Part shown: one piece after another, positions 1 to 11,676 of the stretch
How the letters are laid out: each line of letters begins with the position of its first letter
Position numbering within the stretch: position 1 is the stretch's first letter
Assembly: GCA_043228905.1 (NCBI GenBank)
Contig: JBHGNT010000007.1
Coordinates: 19,530,001 to 19,594,000 of the forward strand
DNA from: Azolla caroliniana
Lineage: Eukaryota > Plantae > Polypodiophyta
Direction of reading: 5' to 3'
DNA: 64,000 bases
Program-made: the position numbers and the translations under genes
The notes under the pieces: generated by a model
Told to the model about the DNA's origin: nothing
Database searches by the model: none
Seen by the model: only the letters and a program-made list of their open reading frames with translations

Positions 1-1198
1 AAGCCTGAGCCGGATCGGCATCCGGAAGGATGAAGCCGGATCGGTGAGACGAATCAGCGAGCCGGTGAGCCAGGGAACCGGTTAGCTAGATCAAACAGTT
101 ACTGGAAGCCTAGTAGTAGCCTAGACTACTAGATAGTTAATAGTCTCGTAGTTAGTGTCAGATGCTCGAGTGAGCATTGAAGTACGCTATACTTCTGTCA
201 GTCCTCTTAGGACTTGTATAAGTAGTGTTGTTGAGCATGTTTTATGTACAGAGAACTATTATTGTTTTGTAATAGATTTAAGTTGTTTTGCTCTTTCTCT
301 GTCTCTCCCGCGTACTGTAAAGCTTTCCATTAAACCTGTGTTTCTGTGTTCAGTTTTTCTACTTGCTTCCACACGCTATTCTTTACAAAAAACAACAACA
401 CGGGAGCTAATGTTACATGTGTGTGAAAGTGTTTTTTGAATTCAAACCATTGAACACTAGATGGATATAAAGTATGGATAATTCACATTTGGAGGATAAG
501 AACACGAACTAAGAGCTTAGGGAAGAAGTCAAAAGTAAAAGTAAGAGACCAAGAGAAAAGTAAAAAGAGAAAAAGCGGACCATAAAAAATAGTAAAAGAG
601 GAATGGTCATAACGCCTTAGTTTTTCACCCAAATATTATGTTTAAATATGGGTTAGAAAGCTTGTAAAGAGAGCTATCTATAGCGGTTTAAATCACTAAA
701 TTCGGAGCTCTGAGGAGGGAGATATGACAATTAGAAGGTCGTTGGGTCTTAGCTAAAAATAGGAGATAAAAAGCTTCTAAAAATTGCGTGAACGAGGAAG
801 AAGAAGAAAATTATAAAAGAGGAAGTGATAGTCATAGATGAGGGAAACTAGAAGAGAGAGGGGAACCAATAGGGAGAGGAGTCCTAAGTGTGGAGGAGTC
901 TTAGGAAGAGTGGATGAGGATCCTAAGAGTGGAGGAGGAGTCTTAGGAAGAGGTGTCTTAGTAGAAGAGGAAGGTCTTTGGTTTTAGTGGACTTTATCTC
1001 CTTTGTATTCTCTTGATAGTGGAATATGAGAACATTCTTATTTCTTGCTCATCTTCTCAATCTTTTTTCTTAATTTCTTGAGTCATTCTCTCTAATTCGT
1101 AGATACCTTGATCTATATAATATATTATGATTCATAACTCCATCTAATCAATTTGGTGAAGCCCCCATATTGTGTATAACTATCCTTTGTCTTATACA

Positions 1199-2402
1199 CG
1201 CTATCAATGTGCAACAACTTGAAACAACTATTATATCATTACAACAACAAGGATCAAGCGCTCAAGGGACTCACAAAGAACCCAAGATCGGTTTTTCTAT
1301 GAAATTTTTAATGGGACCCGATCACAGTTTAAAGGCTTTCTTAATCAAGTACGTTTAGTGATTCAAATGCATCCTTCTTGATATCCCATTGATACATCAT
1401 GAGTGGGACGAGTAGGCACACTACTTAGTGGCACAGTTTTGGCATGGTTCGCCCCCTTGCATGGTTATTTACGTACCCGTATTTAACGTTTAAATACGTA
1501 TAGTACCTCATCATTTGTATAGTACGTACTATACCTCAATGTTGTTCAATCAAATATCATGTACATTTGTCCAATACAATATGTAATGTATTTATAAAAA
1601 AACAGGTATAATACGTATTTATAAAGAAAATGTAAGTAAAACCCTAACAAAAAGCAAAAGAAAAAAAATATTTTAGTGAAAAAGAAGCTAAAGGAAGGAA
1701 GGAAGAAGAATAGAAGAGACGACGATGAAGAAGATGAAGAAGAAGAAGATGAAGAAGAGAGAAAAGAAGACATAGACTTGTCTTGAGTGTGATAATCGCA
1801 GAAGATAGAAGAAGGAGAAGAAGAAGAAAACGAAGAAAAGAGAAACCTATCATGAGTGTGATAATCGTAGACGATTCCTCAATCTATGAAGGCATAATTG
1901 TAAATAACTACAATTTGAAGTAGAACATTGTGATACACACTTACATTGATTTATAGAATAAGGGAATGTCGACATCTACATTACTACAAGTATTGTAGGA
2001 TGTGAAATGTTCAAATGTCTTATATGCATTTTAGGATGTAGAACTATATTGTACATCACAAAATTGGGTAAACATAGATGTTTTTTACAATATTATAGAT
2101 ATCTTTTAGAAAGGTAAATAATTTTCAAATTCTAGAACTATTTAACGTACTATACGTAAAATACGTATTTTACGTATTTTATAAGTATTTAACATATTAA
2201 GAAAACGTATTTAACGTATTTTTAAATTGGGAGGTACTATACGGGTATTAATATGTTAAATACGTATGGTATCCGTACCGTACCTAACGTACCTAACAAC
2301 CTTGCGCCCTTGTTAAAAAAAAGCTCTCCTTGTTAAATGATTTTGAAGAGTTTATTAGCGAGTTTAAAGCCTGTTTTCAAGATATCGACAACATTAGAAC
2401 GG
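1199..2402 (+). pseudogene. Decayed gag remnant of a Tcn1-like Gypsy element, split by a MITE
   Basis: Hand translation gives FKGFLNQVRLVIQMHP...VGTLLSGTVLAWFAPL, resuming after 2304 as ...LLNDFEEFISEFKACF. This is collinear with the gag at 52683-53714 (FRGFINQV...VGTLLSGPAQAWFAPLVETSSPLLEDF). Confidence 0.7.
1460..2304. mobile_element. Non-autonomous hAT-type MITE, copy 1
   Basis: Ends CATGGTTATT...AACAACCTTG (imperfect TIR). 8-bp flanks CCCCCTTG/CGCCCTTG (7/8). Interrupts the gag frame. Second copy at 13218-14128. Confidence 0.8.
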
Positions 2403-2872
2403 TGTCGTGAAGAAAATCGTCCCCAGGCGCAAACCGTGTATAGCGCGTGTGAACCGGCCCTTACACGTGGGCACGCCCCTTGTTGTATAGTAGATAGGTA
2501 GGCACAAAAGTCAAATCCTAGATAGCAATATTCTATAGGGGAAATCGAGGAGTATCTCTGTCCGAAACGATAGAGAATTAATGTGATGTAAACAGGTGAA
2601 AATGCCTCCCTCCTTGAGCTATAAAAGAGAGGGAGACGGGGCGAGAAGGTATCGCGCACTAGAGGGGACGAAGTGCTGTCGGACTAGGACCGAGCTCTTC
2701 TTCAGGCGCCGGCATCCATCTCGCCGACCTGATCGGCTGTAACCGTTCTAGTTGTCTACATATATACAAATACATACACATATTTATATACATACGCTAG
2801 TGTTCTCAACTCGTGTCTCCTGTGTTGTTGGGCCGCGTCCCCGTGCGCTTCTTTGTCTATACGTGTGTGAGC

Positions 2873-2907
<35 letters not shown>

Positions 2908-2985
2908 CCTTTTCTCACCTATTCCTCGGTCCAAGACCCCAGTGGTCCCGCCTTGTTCTCCACGCACACGCGTAACAACGAGACA
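2403..2985 (+). repeat. 5' LTR of Gypsy element
   Basis: TGTCGTG...ACGAGACA. Near-identical to 7777-8464, which has about 100 extra bp. TATAAAAG box and (CT)n tract. Confidence 0.85.
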
Positions 2986-2989
2986 TCTT

Positions 2990-3007
2990 TGGTGAACCCG
3001 ACGTGAA
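2990..3007 (+). promoter_or_regulatory. Primer binding site, tRNA-Trp
   Basis: TGGTGAACCCGACGTGAA is the reverse complement of the plant tRNA-Trp 3' end (...TTCACGTCGGGTTCACCA), 4 nt after the LTR. Confidence 0.85.
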
Positions 3008-3028
3008 CAGGTGGCAGAGGAGTAGAAG

Positions 3029-4009
3029 ATGAGGGGGTCGAACCTCGCAGAAGCCATGGCTTCGGCTGTGGACCGTATGGTGAGTGCGCGCGAAGGCACC
3101 GGCGCCCTTGATAGGGCTATTGAGGCGGTTGTCGGTACGATCGGCCGGTTTAGTGGGAAGGATGCCACGAGCTACTTGGCGTCCTACCGGGCTGAGATGG
3201 TAATGAGGGACATTCCGGAAGAGAGGCGTCTAGCCAGATTCCCTCGAGTGGCGATGCCGGGCATCCATACGGAGGTGCTCGAGGTACGGGTCGAGAGCCA
3301 GACCTGGGAGGAGTTCGAAGGTCGTCTCCTCGAAAAATACAGGCTTGAAGATGCGCTTCGACTTTCGAAGCGGGACTTCATGGAGTGGGTGGAGACCCCC
3401 GACAAAGGAAGGAACGCGTCGGTGCTCCTTCGGGAGTTTGAGGAACGCTTCGCGCGCCTCTCGGTGCTTAACCGGACCATTCTGGACACAAGTCGTGTCC
3501 TATTGTTTGTTAAGTCAGTTGACGAGCGGGATCGGGAGCAAGTAGGCCTCCTATTGGAGACTAATGACGGGCTGACGGCCGACTGGGCCGTGGTGAAGAG
3601 GGTTTGTGGCCGTTTCGACAAACGACGGGAATGGGTTGACAAAGGATCGACAGGGGCGGGCTCTGTTGCAGCAAGGAAGCTCGAGCCAACACCACCAACG
3701 CGAAGGGAAGAGACCCGAGATTGGCTCGAGACCGGATCGGCTTCAACCGGCATGGTCAAGGGCTCGACCGGGGGAGCAGTTCTGGAGGAACTGACGCGGA
3801 TGGAAAAGGATCTCCAGATCGTCCAGGCACGGAGGGATGGTGGCGAACAGGCCCGTGACCAACGACCTCTGGCTGAAAACAAGTGCATGTGGTGTGACGC
3901 GGTTGGCCACATCCGGAAGGACTACGGGGACTTCGCCGAGGTGATGAGAAGCAACGTGGTGTACCATGGAACGATCGGGTGCACGCCAGAGAGACGCGAA
4001 GGGCCCTGA
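3029..4009 (+). CDS. Gypsy gag (frameshifted toward 3' end)
   Basis: 326-aa ORF right after the PBS with a degenerate zinc knuckle CMWCDAVGHIRKDY. Confidence 0.75.
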   Translation: MRGSNLAEAMASAVDRMVSAREGTGALDRAIEAVVGTIGRFSGKDATSYLASYRAEMVMRDIPEERRLARFPRVAMPGIHTEVLEVRVESQTWEEFEGRLLEKYRLEDALRLSKRDFMEWVETPDKGRNASVLLREFEERFARLSVLNRTILDTSRVLLFVKSVDERDREQVGLLLETNDGLTADWAVVKRVCGRFDKRREWVDKGSTGAGSVAARKLEPTPPTRREETRDWLETGSASTGMVKGSTGGAVLEELTRMEKDLQIVQARRDGGEQARDQRPLAENKCMWCDAVGHIRKDYGDFAEVMRSNVVYHGTIGCTPERREGP

Positions 4010-4503
4010 ACTTGAACGTCGGGCGAGGGGGTATGAAAAGGCTGATGGAGGAGCCGGCGGCCCGTCACGCGGAGACCATCCACTACTCGGCGTCAGCTGG
4101 TATTCGGGTCGGAGGTGGCGAGGCCCCGAAGACGAACAAAGTCAGGTTCTGGCCGACGATGCTAGAAGGCCTCGCCGGCGCACGACTAAGGAAAGAAGAG
4201 GCGGACCGCGCGGAAAAACGGGTCCGGGAGGTAACCGGGTGGAGTGACGGTGGAAGAAAAGACGGGCTTCGTCTAAGCCGCTTGTCAAAACTACGAGGCT
4301 CTGGTGGAGGACAAGCGGGTAGGGAAAACCGGAGGGGCCGGGCCCTCGCAATGATATGAAACTCGATTCGGGCAAAGGCGGAATGAGTCCGGTGTAACCG
4401 GCGCCCAGGATAATCCCAAGAGGGGCGGGTACCGGCTGGGCACAGAAATCGAAAGATCCACGGCCTGCGAAAGGTCCTAGAAGAACGAATCCTCGACAAC
4501 AAG

Positions 4504-5151
4504 GTGGAACTGTCGCTGAGGGAAGTGCTCGGGATCGCCAAGAAAGAGTTCCACGACTCCATCGTAGACTTGGTGAAGAGGAAGAGGCTGTCGACGGAGA
4601 CAGAACTGGAGAAGCCGGTGGAGGTGCGGACGACGCACATAGAGGACATGGCGCTGGAAGACGAGTTGGCGGAGAGCCACTATTTGAGGCCGCACTGGGC
4701 CAGAGCGACCATGGAGACCCCCGTGAAGATCGGAGATGTTCATGAACCAATGGTGGCGTTGGTGGACCACGGTTCAGAAATCAATTTGATGTCCATGGAC
4801 TTCTACAAGAAGGGGAAATGGCCGATCAACACCAAGCGGGGGTGGAAAATACGGGCAGCGACGCGTGCCACCAAAGAACTGCATGGAGCCTGCCCGAATG
4901 TACGAGTAAAGATCGGCGATGTCGAGATTGACCAGCACTTCTTCGTGCAGGAGACGTCCTCACATCCAGTTATACTAGGAGAACCGTACATCACAGCAGC
5001 ATGGATGGAGACCAAGGTGCTGGACAACGGCTCGGCCTATGCAAGGGTCAAGAGCCAAGATGGGCGTCACTCGGTCCAGTTCCTGACGGTGAGACCGAAC
5101 CATGAGCGGAACCGCGAGACCCTCAAGGGCGAAAGCCGAGAGGATTTTTAG
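4504..5151 (+). CDS. Gypsy aspartic protease region
   Basis: ALVDHGSEINLM catalytic motif and VILGEPY flap/C-terminal motif. Confidence 0.8.
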   Translation: MELSLREVLGIAKKEFHDSIVDLVKRKRLSTETELEKPVEVRTTHIEDMALEDELAESHYLRPHWARATMETPVKIGDVHEPMVALVDHGSEINLMSMDFYKKGKWPINTKRGWKIRAATRATKELHGACPNVRVKIGDVEIDQHFFVQETSSHPVILGEPYITAAWMETKVLDNGSAYARVKSQDGRHSVQFLTVRPNHERNRETLKGESREDF

Positions 5152-5372
5152 AGAGGGCTATCAAGGCGTGGGGCCGCGATAGTCCGGACACTCCGGGAAA
5201 ACCCCACAACTGTACGATAGCGAAGAAGACCTGTACTATAAGTAGGGAATTTTGGTTCTCCGACAACGGAGGGTGTACGATAGTCGACGTTGTTGGCCGG
5301 AAGAAAAAAAGGGCGGAGGAGCGACTTCGGGCATGTGGTATCCTGGGCCCTGGAGAGGAAATCAACGGAGCT

Positions 5373-7776
5373 GTGGAGGCGGTCTCTTTCGACGATACCT
5401 TGGGGGAGTTGCGAGAGGTAGTCGGAGGAGTCCTTAAAGAGGACCGGATGATTTCGGTATGTTCGGAAAGGATGTACGAAGTCATCGCGGACTTCAGTAG
5501 AGGGCTCGAGTCGGATCGGACGGCCCGGGTGGACACGAGGTACAAGACTGTGGACCGGAAGGTGAGGCCAGTTGCGGCTCCCTTGCCGGAGGGCAGCGAG
5601 TTGCGAATAAAGGGGGTTGCGTCGGACCCGAGTTTACGAAATCCGGCCCGCATAGGACACACGTTCACCGACATAACGCTACGTGAGCTCAAAATCAGTG
5701 GGGGCGGCTTCCTACTACTGGCGGAAGAGGACCGTTTTCGGGGAATGCTCGGAAGGCACGGGAAGGCTTTCGCATTCTCACCAAAGGAGATCGGGTGCGT
5801 AGACCCGACAGTCGTGGAACCGATGGTGATATTCACAGTACCGCATGTGCCGTGGAGTCTCAAACCGATTCCAGTACCCAGAGCTCACATCCCGAAGTTG
5901 ATGGAGCTGTTAAAGCAGAAGGTGGAGATGGGCATCCTCGAACCGTCGAGTGCCCCATACTCGAATCGGTGGTTTACCGTGCCGAAGAAGGACGGCACGT
6001 TGCGCTTTATTCAAGACCTGCAACCGGTCATCAAGGTGATCATTCGAAACGCAGGAATCAGACCGATAATAGACGAGTTCGTGGAGGCCTTCGCCGGAAG
6101 GTCGATTTACTCGGTCGGTGATCTCTACTCGGGGTACGATCAGTTCCAGCTAGCCATAGAGAGCAGAGACATCATGACAATGCGAACTCCTCTCGACCTA
6201 GTACGGATGTGTACCCTACCGCAAGGAGGGACGAACTCGGTGGCTCACATGGTGAACGCAATGAACAAGGTGCTGAGGGATTGTATGCCGGACATCACCA
6301 TGCCGTTTCTGGACAACGTCCCGATCAAGGGATGCCCGGTGGAGGAAAAGGACGAGACGATCGGACCGAACAGGTGCCGGAAATTCGTGGCGACGCACAT
6401 CGATGACTGCGAGAAGGTGCTACAGAGGTTGGAGGGCGTGAGGCTCACCTTCTCCGGGGAAAAATCGGCCTTCAGGCAATCAGAGATCATAATCGTCGGA
6501 CACCTATGCGGGTCGTACGGCCGAAAACCATCTCCGGCTAAGGTAGAAGCCATCTCCGCGATGAAGCACGACTGTAGCTCAGTCACGGAGGTTCGGAGGT
6601 TCTTGGGAGCATGCGCGTTCTACCACATATGGATCCCACATTACGCTCACGTCGCGGAGCCGTTATATGGGTTGCTGAAAAAGGGGCGAAATTTCGAGTG
6701 GAGAGACGAGCATACGGAGTCTGTCCGAAAGATGAAGGAAGCACTTGCCGTAGCTCCGGCGCTCCGAAAGGCTGTTTACGGAAAGGACACTCCAATTTAC
6801 GTAACGATAGACACGAGTCCGACCGGGATCGGATGGGTCGTCAACCAAGAGGACGAGGACGGCATGCGTTTCCCGATCCGGTTCGGCGCGAAGGTCCTCA
6901 ACGAGCGACAGGGAGGATACGCCCAGGTTAAACGTGAGCTTTGGGGTATCGTTTCGGCAGTAAAGGCCGATAAAGACTACCTGATCGGGACAGAGGTAAT
7001 TATCGAGATGGACTGCCTGCCAATTCTTGGCATGGTTTCCGAATGCGCGACGCCGGACCTGGCAATGCTCAGGTGGATATCGTATATCAAGTCCCTGAAT
7101 CCGGAAATACGACACATTTCCGGGAAAGACAATGCCATGGCCGACATGCTTTCAAGGGTGAGGTTCGAAAACGAGGGCGGCATGGTTTCGGAGGACGAGG
7201 AAGTCGGCGTGGACTTCTTCGAGGCGGCTCACGTAACAACCGGCAGGGAATGCATTCCAACGCTTAACGATTTCGACGAGAGCAAGTACAACGGAGAATG
7301 GCTGCAGATCGGTGGGTTCCTGAAAACAATGACACCGGACGCGGCATGGACAACAGATGAGGCCAACCGGATTCAGAAGAAAGCGTACCGATTCTTTCAC
7401 CGAGATGGGTACATATGGAAGCACCCAAAGAAGAGGAACGACATCCCGCTCCGAGTGGTGGCGAAGAAGGAGGAATAGGAGGATTTGCTGGCGGCGTACC
7501 ACGATAGTCCTTGGGCTGGACACCGTGGAACGTGGGCCACGTTCGAAAAGCTAAAGGGGAAGTACTGGTGGCCGGGACTATACTGGGACGTGCATCGGTT
7601 CGTGACAACTTGCGAAAGCTGTCAGGTGCACTCCATGATCCGACACCGGGACGAGCTTCACCCCACCTACCCTCCGACTGTCCACTTCAAGTGGATGGTG
7701 GATTTGGTGACGATGCCAATGGGGGTAGGGCAGATGCGGTATCTGGTGCTGGCTCGGGAGGATCTAACGAACCAGG
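5373..7776 (+). pseudogene. Gypsy pol: RT, RNase H, integrase N-terminus
   Basis: KKDGTLRFIQDLQP, DLYSGYDQ, LPQG, FLDN (YxDD mutated), RNase H IDTSPTG...DNAMADMLSR, in-frame stop at 7476-7478, integrase zinc finger H...GHRG...CESCQ, then truncation. Confidence 0.9.
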
Positions 7777-8357
7777 TTAAAAAAACCGTCCCCAGGCGCA
7801 AACCGTGTATAGCGTGTGTGAACCGGCCCTTACACGTGGGCACGCCCATTGTTGTATAGTAGATAGGTAGGCACAAAAGTCAAATCCTAGGTAGCAATAT
7901 TCTATAGGGGAAATCGAGGAGTATCTCTGTCTGAAAGGACAGAGAATTAATGTGATATAAACGGGTGAAACGACCTCCCTCCTTGAGCTATAAAAGAGAG
8001 GGAGACGGGGAGAGAAGGTATCGCGCACTAGAGGGGACGAACTGTTGTCGGACTGGGACCAAGCTCTTCTTCTCTGTCGTTCTCCATAGCTTTCTTTTGC
8101 ACAGGTTCTTAGGAGGCTGATTCTGCTCCGTGGAACGCCCGTGTGCTTCCGGCAGAATCTCCATCTTGCTCCCCTGTGTGCGTGGGTGATTAGGCGCCGG
8201 CATCCATCTCGCCGACCTGATCGGCTGTAACCGTTCGAGTCGTTTGCATATATACAAATACATACACATATTTATATACATACGCTAGTGTTCTCAACTC
8301 GTATCTCTTGTGTTGTTGGGCCGCGTCCCCGTGCGCTTCTTTGTCTATACGTGTGTG

Positions 8358-8402
<45 letters not shown>

Positions 8403-8464
8403 TTTCTCACCTATTCCTCGGTCCAAGACCCTAGTGGTCCCCGCACGCGCATAACAACGAGACA
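7777..8464 (+). repeat. 3' LTR of Gypsy element (5' edge clipped)
   Basis: Direct repeat of 2403-2985 ending ACAACGAGACA. Confidence 0.85.
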
Positions 8465-10426
8465 CCGTGCCGAAGACGCCGGAACTAAACGGGTTGGCCG
8501 AGAGGATGAACTAGACCATAATGGAGAGGGTCTGGAGTATCCTGGCACATGCAAGGTTACCCAAGATGTTTTGGGCTGAGGCGTTGGCGACAACGACGTA
8601 CGTGATAAACATATCACCCTCAGTGCCCTTGGACGGAGACACGCCGCAAAGAGTGTGGACCGGTAAGGAAGTGTCTTACCGGCATCTAAAGGTGTTCGAG
8701 TGTCTCACCTACATGCAGGTTGCAAAGGACCGGAGAGCAAAGTTGGATCCAAAGTCCCGGCCTTGCATATTCCTCGGATACGGCGATGATGAGTTCGGCT
8801 ACCGAGTGTGGGATCCGGTCTACAAGAAGGTTTTCCAGAGTCGAGATATTATCTTCATGGAGGACAAGACCCTTGCAGACTGGGAGTTGGAGAGGAAGAT
8901 AATGAACTCTGAGTCGACTGATAAGGATCGATGAGATGAGATTCAGACCTACCCGGCTAAGAGCCAGTTGACACTCGAAGAACCGGCCAGTTACGGTGTG
9001 GATACTGAACCGGGAGATGCTGGTAAACCCCCGAGATACAAAGCTAGGATCGTGGTGAAGGGGTTCCAACAGAAGAAGGGCGTGGACTTCGACGAGATAT
9101 TTGCCCCGATAGTAAAGATGACTTCCATCTGGACGGTGCTGAGCATAGTGGCAACCATGGACCTTGAGGTAGAGCAATTAGACGTGAAGATGGCATTCCT
9201 CCACGGCGACCTCGAAGAGGAGATCTACATGCAGCAACCGGAGGGATTTGTGAAGAAAGGGAAGGAGCACCTGGTCTGTTGGTTGAAGAAGAGCCTCTAC
9301 GATTTGAAGTAGGCTCCCCGGCAATGGTACCGAAAGTTCGAGTCCTTCATGACCGATCAAGGGTACCACAAGACGCAAGCCGATCACTGCATATTTGTGA
9401 AGAAGTTTGAAGGTGGAGACTTCCTGATACTCCTCCTATATGTGGACGACATGTTGATCGTCGGACATGACCAAGTCAAGATACGGATGCTGCAGAAGGC
9501 CTTGAACTGAACCTTCTCAATGAAAGACTTGGGTTTGGCAAGACAGATACTGGGGATGCATATCATCCGAGACCGGTCAACAAAGAAATTGTGGCTGTCA
9601 CAGGAGAAGTACGTGACAAAGGTGCTTCAGCGGTTCAACATGTCAGATGCGAAACCGGTTGGATCGACACTTCCGACAAACTGCAAGCTATCCGGTAAGC
9701 AAAGCCCGAAGACGAAGGCAGAGAAGGCGGATATGATGAAGATACCATATGCCTCTGCCATCGGGAGCTTAATGTACGCAATGGTGTGTACGCGACCGGA
9801 TATCGAATACGTAGTCGGAGTGGTGAGCCGGTTTATGAGCAATCCCGGCAAGGAGCATTGGAATGCAGTAAAATGGATACTTCGGCACTTGAAAGGCACC
9901 TCAAGTATGTGTCTCCGATTCGGCTCCGGTAAACCCCAACATGATGGTTTCACCGATTCGGATATGTCGACTGATGTGGATACCAGCCGGTCAACGTTGG
10001 GATATGTTATGACATATGCAGGGGGAGCTGTTTCGTGGCAGTCGAGGTTGCAGAAGACGGTTGCATTGTCAACCACGGAAGCAGAGTACATGGCAGTCGT
10101 GGAAGCCGGCAAGGAAATATTATGGATGAAGGACTTCATCAGAGAGCTAGGGATCTGGCAAGAGGAATATCAACTCTATTGTGACAGTCAAAGTGCCATC
10201 CACGTTGCGAAGAACGCGGCATACCATTCCAGAATGAAGTAAATCCAGCGCAGGTACCATTGGATCCGGGAGCGAGTTGAAGATCGAGAGTTCGTGTTGA
10301 TGAAGATCCACACGGAGGAGAATGGGCCAAATATTCTTATCAAGGTGCTAACGCCCGACAAGCTTTACGCATGCCAGAAGCGAATTGGACTAACCAAACG
10401 TCCCATGCCAGAGTGAAGGGGGAGTT
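8465..10426 (+). pseudogene. Ty1/Copia pol remnant (integrase C-terminus, RT, RNase H)
   Basis: FWAEALAT, KLDPKSRPCIFLGY, YKARIVVKGFQQ, QLDVKMAFLHG, LYVDDM, ALSTTEAEY, with stops and a deletion. PPT GAGTGAAGGGGGAG. Confidence 0.9.
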
Positions 10427-11015
10427 TGTTAGGATTTCGGTCCCTCCAGATGGGATGATGAAGGCCCAGTGAGAACCAGATGATGAGTACCCGGCAAGGA
10501 AGACCCGGTGAGAACCGGATGTTGCAAGCCTGGTGAGAACCTCTCACTGGATGAAGGGACATATATGTAAATATGTTCCAGAGAACCCACTGGGGCTATA
10601 TTTGTAAATAGCCCGAAAGTCATATTAGTATAAATATGACCTAGGGCAAGCTCTTGATGTGGTTTTGTTTTTTTCATTATTTTGTTGTATAGTGTTATTG
10701 TGTGTAACTGTTGTATAGAGCGTAGCAGAGGGAGAGAGAGAGAGAGGGACAGAGTGAGTCTCTGTTGTAACTGCTGCCAGGCGAAGATTGTGAGCACGAG
10801 GTCGTTGCCTTTGTGTTCCCCTGCTGTATTCCTCTTGGACATAGTGATAGCTTGGAGTTTGTGGACTTCCATGGTTTTTCCCATTCAGGGTTTTCCACGT
10901 TAACATCCTGTGCATTCTCTTCTGTTTGTGTACTTACTTCCATTTCTCCATTTTTACTGTGTTTGATTATCATTAAGTGATCTAAGTCTCGGTTGTGGCC
11001 GAAGATTATTCCACA
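10427..11015 (+). repeat. Copia 3' LTR
   Basis: TG start directly after the PPT, CA end, TATAAAT, GGGTTTTCCACGT motif. Related to LTR 15958-16485. Confidence 0.8.
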
Positions 11016-11676
11016 TATTCTTGTTAGCTCATCAGTTGCTCCTCGGGTTGGTAAGGATGGCTTCACGATTGCCCCTAACACATATCCCCATAGATTTTTG
11101 CCTATCAAGTAGTTCTTCATACAAAACTTCCATGGCTGATAATTATTCTTGTCTAACTTCTCAATTTGAGAAGATATGTCAGCCATCTTACACAAAACAA
11201 GCTAGGCTTTTCTAAGCTCTGATACCAATTGTTAGAATTTTGAGATATCTACATGCACAACGAAACACGAAGTAAGCTTCCAACATGAATAAATAACATA
11301 CATGTATAGAGATAGAAACATACACATTAACAAATGATGTAGATATCGAGGAAAGATTCAATCTATCATAGTATAAGAATGAAAAGATATGTATACAATA
11401 TAGGGAGGAAGAGTTACTTACATATTTGATTCTTCTACACTCAAAACTCTATAGCCTTCTTTTATACTAGTGAAGAACTTTTGCATGAACACCACTTGTT
11501 AGACATGCTTTTCTGCATGCATATATTATGACATGCAATTACCTTTATCATTAACTAATATTGAATAATAATATAATATAATAAATCAATCACGGTAAAT
11601 TATAGTTAAATCAAATAACTATGAACACATATGTGAAGTGTTCAAGTCCTTCCAAGTATGAGCTTGACTTCTAACA
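11016..11676 (-). mobile_element. Copia 5' end remnant: LTR 11230-11676, tRNA-Met PBS 11216-11227, gag start
   Basis: TGTTAGAA...TTCTAACA termini, TGGTATCAGAGC on the minus strand, gag MADISSQIEKLDKNNYQPWKFCMKNYLIGKNLWGYV. Confidence 0.85.

Larger units (their letters stand above)
2403..8464 (+). mobile_element. Ty3/Gypsy LTR retrotransposon, tRNA-Trp primed, integrase truncated
   Basis: 5' LTR 2403-2985 (TG...CA), PBS 2990-3007, gag-PR-RT-RH-INT order, second LTR copy ~7777-8464 joined directly to the truncated integrase. No matching TSD. Confidence 0.9.

Noticed and set aside
1-1150. Possible LTR fragments at the window start
   Set aside because: LTR-like composition, but no partner LTR, TSD or firm boundaries visible.
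3184-7876. Numerous antisense and alternate-frame ORFs over the Gypsy element
   Set aside because: Shadow ORFs of GC-rich gag-pol.
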